Positions 61,933 through 64,000 of a stretch of 64,000 nucleotides of DNA are shown here, piece by piece; position 1 is the stretch's first letter; each line of letters starts with the position of its first letter. The notes below the pieces were generated by a model, which was not told where the DNA came from, made no database searches, and worked only from the letters and a program-made list of their open reading frames with translations. Source of the stretch: an uncultured bacterium (GTDB lineage Bacteria > Oederibacteriota > Oederibacteriia > Oederibacteriales > Oederibacteriaceae); assembly GCA_965112635.1 (NCBI GenBank), contig OZ218778.1, positions 192,001 through 256,000 of the forward strand. Direction: 5' to 3'. A program made the translations under genes and the position numbers.

Positions 61933-62349
61933 ATGGCAGGTTTAGTAAGATTTGGCGTATCCCTGGAAAAAGAACTTCTCAAAAAATTTGATCGACTTAT
62001 CACCCAAAAACACTACACCAACCGCTCCGAAGCCCTGCGCGACCTCATCCGGGAAGAATTGGTCAAAGAACAATGGAACCAGGGAGACGAAGTGGCCGGC
62101 GCCATTACCCTGATCTACAACCACCACCATAGAGACCTGACCGATAAATTGACTAACATTCAACATGATTATGGAGACTGCATCCTGTCTTCCCAGCACA
62201 TCCACCTAGACCACCACCACTGCCTGGAGATCATCGCGGTCAAAGGGTCCCCCAGCCAGGCGCAAAAACTGGCCGACACCCTCCACGCGGTTAAAGGAGT
62301 CATGCATTCCAGCCTCAGCATGTCCACCACCGGCAAAGAAATACATTAA
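61933..62349 (+). CDS. nikR: Nickel-responsive regulator NikR
   Basis: RFGVSL RHH strand, NRSEALRDLIR, YNHHH, QHIHLDHHHCLE. Confidence 0.95.
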   Translation: MAGLVRFGVSLEKELLKKFDRLITQKHYTNRSEALRDLIREELVKEQWNQGDEVAGAITLIYNHHHRDLTDKLTNIQHDYGDCILSSQHIHLDHHHCLEIIAVKGSPSQAQKLADTLHAVKGVMHSSLSMSTTGKEIH

Positions 62350-62410
62350 ACCGTATTTTCACTCGTAACTCCCAGTCCATATCTCCTCAAAAATAATGAC
62401 CCTCAAACTC

Positions 62411-62456
62411 TTGACAGACCTACTCCTATGTGTTACTTTTCCAAAATTCGTGTTAC
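62411..62456 (+). promoter_or_regulatory. Sigma70-type promoter overlapped by a candidate NikR direct-repeat operator
   Basis: TTGACA (62411-62416), 17 nt, TACTTT (62434-62439). GTGTTAC-N13-GTGTTAC at 62430-62456. Confidence 0.6.
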
Positions 62457-62481
62457 TAATTATACAAGAGGAGGATTTAAG

Positions 62482-64000
62482 ATGATGAAAAGCAATAAAA
62501 CCAGGTTTTCCTTGGTCGGTTTTATTTTTTGTTCGCTATTGTTGTCCAACCCTAGCTGGGGGCAGGATGGCGCCAACAGCACCCTGGATGCATTGCGTCA
62601 TGACAGCAGCCCTGCGGCAGTTACTAAGAGCGCTATACCTGTAAGTGTGACCAAGACCGCTGCAACGGAGTCAACCGTGGCCGGTGAAGAAGTAGTGGTT
62701 AGAGGCAGGGCTGCCAACTTGCTGGGACTGGCAGACTCGGCCATGCAGGGCAGTGTCAGCCAGGAAGACCTGAGCCACCGTGCTTTGCTCAGGACGGGAG
62801 AAGTTATGGAAGCCGTACCCGGACTGCTCATCACACAGCACAGTGGTGACGGCAAAGCCAACCAGTATTTCAGCCGAGGTTTTAATCTTGATCACGGCAC
62901 TGATTTTTCATTCAATGCTGATGATGTTCCTATTAACCTGCCCAGCAATGCCCATGGTCAAGGCTATACAGACCTTAATTTCCTCATTCCCGATCTGGTT
63001 AAGGAAGTGAACTATTCCAAAGGACTTAATAGCGTTGAATACGGGGAATTTAATACCGCAGGCTCAGCCAATTTTGTTTATCCCAATACTCTGCCCCAAA
63101 ATATCGCTTCTCTGACCATGGGAGAATGGGGATATCAGAGAGGGCTTTTGGCCGCATCCAACCCCTTGGGGTCAGGGAATTTGTTGTACGCCGTGGAAGT
63201 TTGCGGTTATGACGGTCCCTGGGATGTCCCGGAAGATAATAAAAAATATAATGGATTGCTTCGCTACAGTTATGGAAACTCAGAGAGCAGGTGGGCGATC
63301 ACGGCATCCCTTTATCAGGCTGCCTGGACCTCCACTGACCAGGTCCCGCAACGAGCGGTGGACGAGGGTCTGATCGATTTCTGGGGCAGCCTTGATCCGA
63401 CTGATGGCGGTAAGACAAAACGCTACAGCGTTTGGGCAAGCTGGAATGGCCAATCCCAGGACTGCCAGTCCATGGTCATGGCCTATGAAACCTATTTTCA
63501 TATGAATCTTTGGAGCAACTTCACCTATTTTACTGACGATCCTGTTCACGGCGACCAGTTTGAACAGGAAGATGAGCGGTATATCACCGGCGCTAAAGCC
63601 AGGCAGATATACAACAACACTATCGCCGGGCTGGCCATGAAAAATGAGATCGGCGCGGATTTCCGCAATGATGACGTGCCCATCCTGGGCCTTTACGATA
63701 CGGAGGCTCATATTCCGTGGCAAACCGTCCAGCTTAACCAGATGGTCCAAACCAGCGGAGCTCCCTATGCGGAAAATACCACTTATTGGACACCATGGCT
63801 GAGAAGTATTTTGGGATACCGTCACGACTTCTTCCATTTCAAAGTTAACGGTGCTACTCCTGCTACCAGCGGAGAGGCTGATGCCAACATAGCCGAACCT
63901 AAGGTAGCCCTGGTGCTGCGGCCTTATGAAGGGCCGGTGGAGCTGTACGCCAACTATGGCTGGGGTTTTCACTCCAATGACGCGCGTATCATTGCGCCGG
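62482..64000 (+). CDS. TonB-dependent receptor, probably nickel-related; 3' end outside window
   Basis: Not in the ORF track. Hand translation gives MMKSNK...EEVVVRG...GEVMEAVPGLLITQHSGDGKANQYFSRGFNLDHGTDF...NAHGQGYTDLNFLIP. GAGGAGG RBS. Confidence 0.92.
   Translation, partial: MMKSNKTRFSLVGFIFCSLLLSNPSWGQDGANSTLDALRHDSSPAAVTKSAIPVSVTKTAATESTVAGEEVVVRGRAANLLGLADSAMQGSVSQEDLSHRALLRTGEVMEAVPGLLITQHSGDGKANQYFSRGFNLDHGTDFSFNADDVPINLPSNAHGQGYTDLNFLIPDLVKEVNYSKGLNSVEYGEFNTAGSANFVYPNTLPQNIASLTMGEWGYQRGLLAASNPLGSGNLLYAVEVCGYDGPWDVPEDNKKYNGLLRYSYGNSESRWAITASLYQAAWTSTDQVPQRAVDEGLIDFWGSLDPTDGGKTKRYSVWASWNGQSQDCQSMVMAYETYFHMNLWSNFTYFTDDPVHGDQFEQEDERYITGAKARQIYNNTIAGLAMKNEIGADFRNDDVPILGLYDTEAHIPWQTVQLNQMVQTSGAPYAENTTYWTPWLRSILGYRHDFFHFKVNGATPATSGEADANIAEPKVALVLRPYEGPVELYANYGWGFHSNDARIIAP

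Noticed and set aside
63280-63972. 230-aa minus-strand ORF
   Set aside because: Antisense shadow of the TonB-dependent receptor that runs off the window.

Overview
Bacterial window, probably from an anaerobic diderm (TonB-dependent receptor, PFOR, group 3b-type NiFe hydrogenase) and possibly an uncultured lineage. There are four blocks. (1) 1-12 kb: sugar catabolism (GH99-like gene, unassigned secreted glycosidase-like gene, and an operon of ThuA, two Gfo/Idh/MocA, two UroD-like proteins and a sugar isomerase, with a divergent AraC). (2) 12-37 kb: seven large secreted modular proteins, each with signal peptide, variable N-terminal domains, a Thr-rich T-x-T stalk and one of two C-terminal sorting-like tails. 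They show domain shuffling and near-identical DNA tails. Four share an ECF-type promoter, and two carry a duplicated, covarying ~185-nt leader RNA that looks like a tandem c-di-GMP-I-like variant. (3) 37-46 kb: hydrolases, sixA, an SDR, a PHP protein and nifJ. (4) 46-64 kb: hydrogenase and hyp genes interrupted by a GT4/GH130/toxin-antitoxin islet, then nikR and a nickel-type TonB-dependent receptor with candidate NikR operators. Four single-base frameshifts suggest sequencing error. No tRNA, rRNA, CRISPR array or transposase was recognised. All calls are by-eye motif recognition; no searches were run.
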